In this document: in pieces, positions 62,971-64,000 of the stretch
How positions within the stretch are numbered: position 1 is the stretch's first letter
Layout: the number at the start of each line of letters is the position of its first letter
Assembly (NCBI RefSeq): GCF_009834535.1
Contig: NC_045697.1
Span: 62,126,001-62,190,000, forward strand
Source: Camelus ferus
Lineage: Eukaryota
Reading direction: 5' to 3'
DNA length: 64,000 bases
Program-made: the position numbers and the translations under genes
Notes under the pieces: model-generated
What the model saw: the letters and a program-made list of their open reading frames with translations, nothing else
Databases searched by the model: none
What the model was told of the DNA's origin: nothing

Positions 62971-63263
62971 CAATTGGCTTTTTTTTCAGTTTTATTAGGT
63001 AGAATTGTTACAATTTGACTGCACATATACAATATATTGCATGTAAATACATATATACAATATACTGCACATATTTTTTAGTTTACACGTATGTACTAAT
63101 CATTGTTTCTAAGAACAGTATAGAGGTCTACCTTTCTAAACTTACATAGTTATCAAAAGAATAAAGCCAACCACAAAATAAGAATCAATAGAATGTGGTA
63201 ATCCAGTCATAAAGAACAGTCAAATGTGCTTACACATATTTAAGAAATCAGTCATCTAAGTTA

Positions 63264-64000
63264 TAAATAAGTAGTTCATTTTTGTCCTTTTTTTTTAGAT
63301 TCCACATAAGAGTGATATCATGTGGCATTTTTCTCTTTCCAGCTCACTTCACTTAGAATGATGATCTCTAGGTCCATCCCTGTTCCTGCAAATGGCATTA
63401 TTTTATTCTTTTTTATGGCTGAGTAGTAGTCCATTGTGTGTGTGTGTGTGTGTGTGTATACTCTTACACCACATCTTTATCCAATCATCTGTTGATAGAC
63501 ATTTGAGTTGTTTCCATGTCTTGGCTATTGTAAATAGTGCTGATATGAACTTTGGGGTGCATGTGTCTTTTTGAATTTTATTTTTCTCTGAGTATATGCC
63601 CAGGAGTGGGATTGCTGGATCATGTGGTAAATCTATTTTTAGTTTTTAAGTGAATCTCCTTTCCATCCTCCATAGTGGCTGCACCAATCTACACTCTTAC
63701 CAACAGTGTAGGAGGGTTCCCTTTTCTCCACATCCTCTCCAGCATCTATCGTTTGTGGACTTTTGAATGATGGCCATTCTGACTGGTGTGAGGTGATATC
63801 TCATTGTAGCTTTGATCTGCTTTTCTGTGACAGTGCTAAGCACTTTTTCATGTGCCTGTTGGCCACTTGTATGTCTTCATTGAAGAATTGCTTGTTTAGG
63901 TCTTCTGCCCATTTTTGTATTAGGTTGCTTGTTTTTTAGATATTAAGGTATATGTGCTGTTTATATATTTTGGAAATTAGTCTCTTATCAGTTGCATCAT
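63264..64000 (-). mobile_element. L1 (same family as the 2684-3911 and 30842-31854 copies), runs off the window end
   Basis: Homologous to 2890-3420 (ATATGCCCAGGAGTGGGATTGCTGGATCAT...); internal (TG)n at 63435-63457. Confidence 0.92.

Larger units (their letters stand above)
49441..64000 (+). other. IGFBP7: IGFBP7 intron 1 (5' part, continues beyond the window)
   Basis: GT donor at 49441. No downstream IGFBP7 Ig-domain coding sequence recognised; the region is repeat-rich and non-coding. Confidence 0.85.

Overview
This is mammalian genomic DNA, probably camelid (two tRNA-derived vic-1-type SINEs; no Alu, BovB/Bov-A or PRE1 recognised). The only protein-coding sequence I can support is coding exon 1 of IGFBP7 (+ strand, 48966-49440). 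It sits in a CpG-island promoter and is followed by about 14.5 kb of intron 1; I did not recognise exon 2 in the window. The upstream ~48 kb is non-coding and repeat-rich: L1, L2, CR1/L3, MIR, MaLR/ERV LTRs and hAT MITEs. It also holds an orphan CpG island with a strong CTCF motif (~13.4-14.2 kb) and an intact ERV1-type solo LTR about 5 kb upstream of the gene. Two U6 snRNA retrocopies with target-site duplications (TSDs) are present. The most notable hidden structure is a long RNA duplex inside the IGFBP7 coding exon that covers the known A-to-I recoding codons R78 and K95. I found no convincing new multi-gene system; most ORF-track entries are repeat-derived or chance ORFs. Repeat subfamily names come from recall of consensus sequences, and repeat boundaries are approximate unless a TSD is quoted.
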